Source of the DNA: an uncultured Gemmataceae bacterium
Lineage (GTDB): Bacteria > Planctomycetota > Planctomycetia > Gemmatales > Gemmataceae
Assembly: GCA_963750165.1 (NCBI GenBank)
Contig: CAVVPN010000003.1
Location: 3,296,001-3,360,000, forward strand
DNA length: 64,000 nt
Direction: 5' to 3'
Shown: piece by piece, positions 63,448 through 64,000 of the stretch
Layout of the letters: each line of letters begins with the position of its first letter
How positions within the stretch are numbered: the first letter of the stretch is position 1
The notes under the pieces: model-generated
Databases searched by the model: none
The model's input: only the letters and a program-made list of their open reading frames with translations
What the model was told of the DNA's origin: nothing
Translations under genes and position numbers: made by a program

Positions 63448-64000
63448 ATGGTGGAACGAGGTAATCGCTACGTCTGGCGAAAGCTTAATAGCATTGCCTT
63501 CTGCCAGAAGGCCGTTATCCTCTGCGTCTCGGTTTATTTCTTCGTCGTCTTGGTTTACGTATTCTTTTCCGTCCTCCCAGTGGCCGCCAAGATCCACCTC
63601 CCCGCCGAACCCTTCGCAATTTTCGCCGGGCTGCTGCTCATCGTCGGACTGATTAGCACCGTGTTCGTCTTCCAGCTCGCGACCGAGGTCCATGGCGTCG
63701 GCCTGGGGGTTCTCCTGGGCTTTTTGACGCTCGTCCCCGTCCTGGGGCTCATCGTCCTGCTGGTCATCAACGGGAAAGCGACCGCATTCCTGAAGAGGCA
63801 TGGTATCCGCGTCGGCTTTTTTGGGGCAGACATGTTGGCGTTCGAGGGGGAGGGGAGGCGGCCGGACGGCGGTGGGGGCGTGAAGGCAGTCTACGACGGG
63901 GGACAAACCGAGGAACCCCAGGCCACGGCCGCCAGCCTGTTGCCCCCCATCGCCGCTCCCTTACCCAGGGACGACAACCCGTTCGCCGGACTCATCGCGG
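63448..64000 (+). CDS. membrane hypothetical protein (about 4 TM), 3' end off the window
   Basis: Manual translation MVERGNRYVWRKLNSIAFCQKAVILCV...LGLIVLLVINGKATAFLKRHGIRVGFFGAD, open to the window end; GAGGTG RBS. Confidence 0.75.
   Translation, partial: MVERGNRYVWRKLNSIAFCQKAVILCVSVYFFVVLVYVFFSVLPVAAKIHLPAEPFAIFAGLLLIVGLISTVFVFQLATEVHGVGLGVLLGFLTLVPVLGLIVLLVINGKATAFLKRHGIRVGFFGADMLAFEGEGRRPDGGGGVKAVYDGGQTEEPQATAASLLPPIAAPLPRDDNPFAGLIA

Overview
GC-rich chromosomal window from a planctomycete, most likely Gemmataceae (inferred from TIGR03000, TIGR03067, PSD1/DUF1549-DUF1553 + DUF1501, and a MoxR-DUF58-BatA/vWA cluster). It holds about 45 genes. Housekeeping genes include purH, cmk, plsC, lpxD, lpxI, an rlmL-like methylase, nrnA and dgkA. 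There is a Rieske / cytochrome b-diheme c fusion / cytochrome c' operon and a 14.7-kb MoxR-vWA-coiled-coil-prenyltransferase-fold operon. A complete ISAzo13-type IS with TTA target duplications splits a HEPN gene. Intergenic REP/MITE-like palindromes of several families are dense. The most interesting items are: (1) a P1B-type metal ATPase fused to an HflK-like SPFH domain and co-transcribed with hflC- and hflK-like genes, with no ftsH in the window; (2) an RND/AcrB-like protein whose two periplasmic halves are joined with the TM2-TM7 block missing; (3) an attC-like site near the right end, flanked by cassette-like genes, one apparently fused to a DUF885 gene; (4) a divergent DuOB + DUF488 pair; (5) short elements that share GCGGTTC...GAACCGC ends but carry different cargo. 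Seven genes show apparent frameshifts at short homopolymer or dinucleotide runs, most likely long-read assembly errors. All family calls are from motif recognition by eye; no database searches were run.
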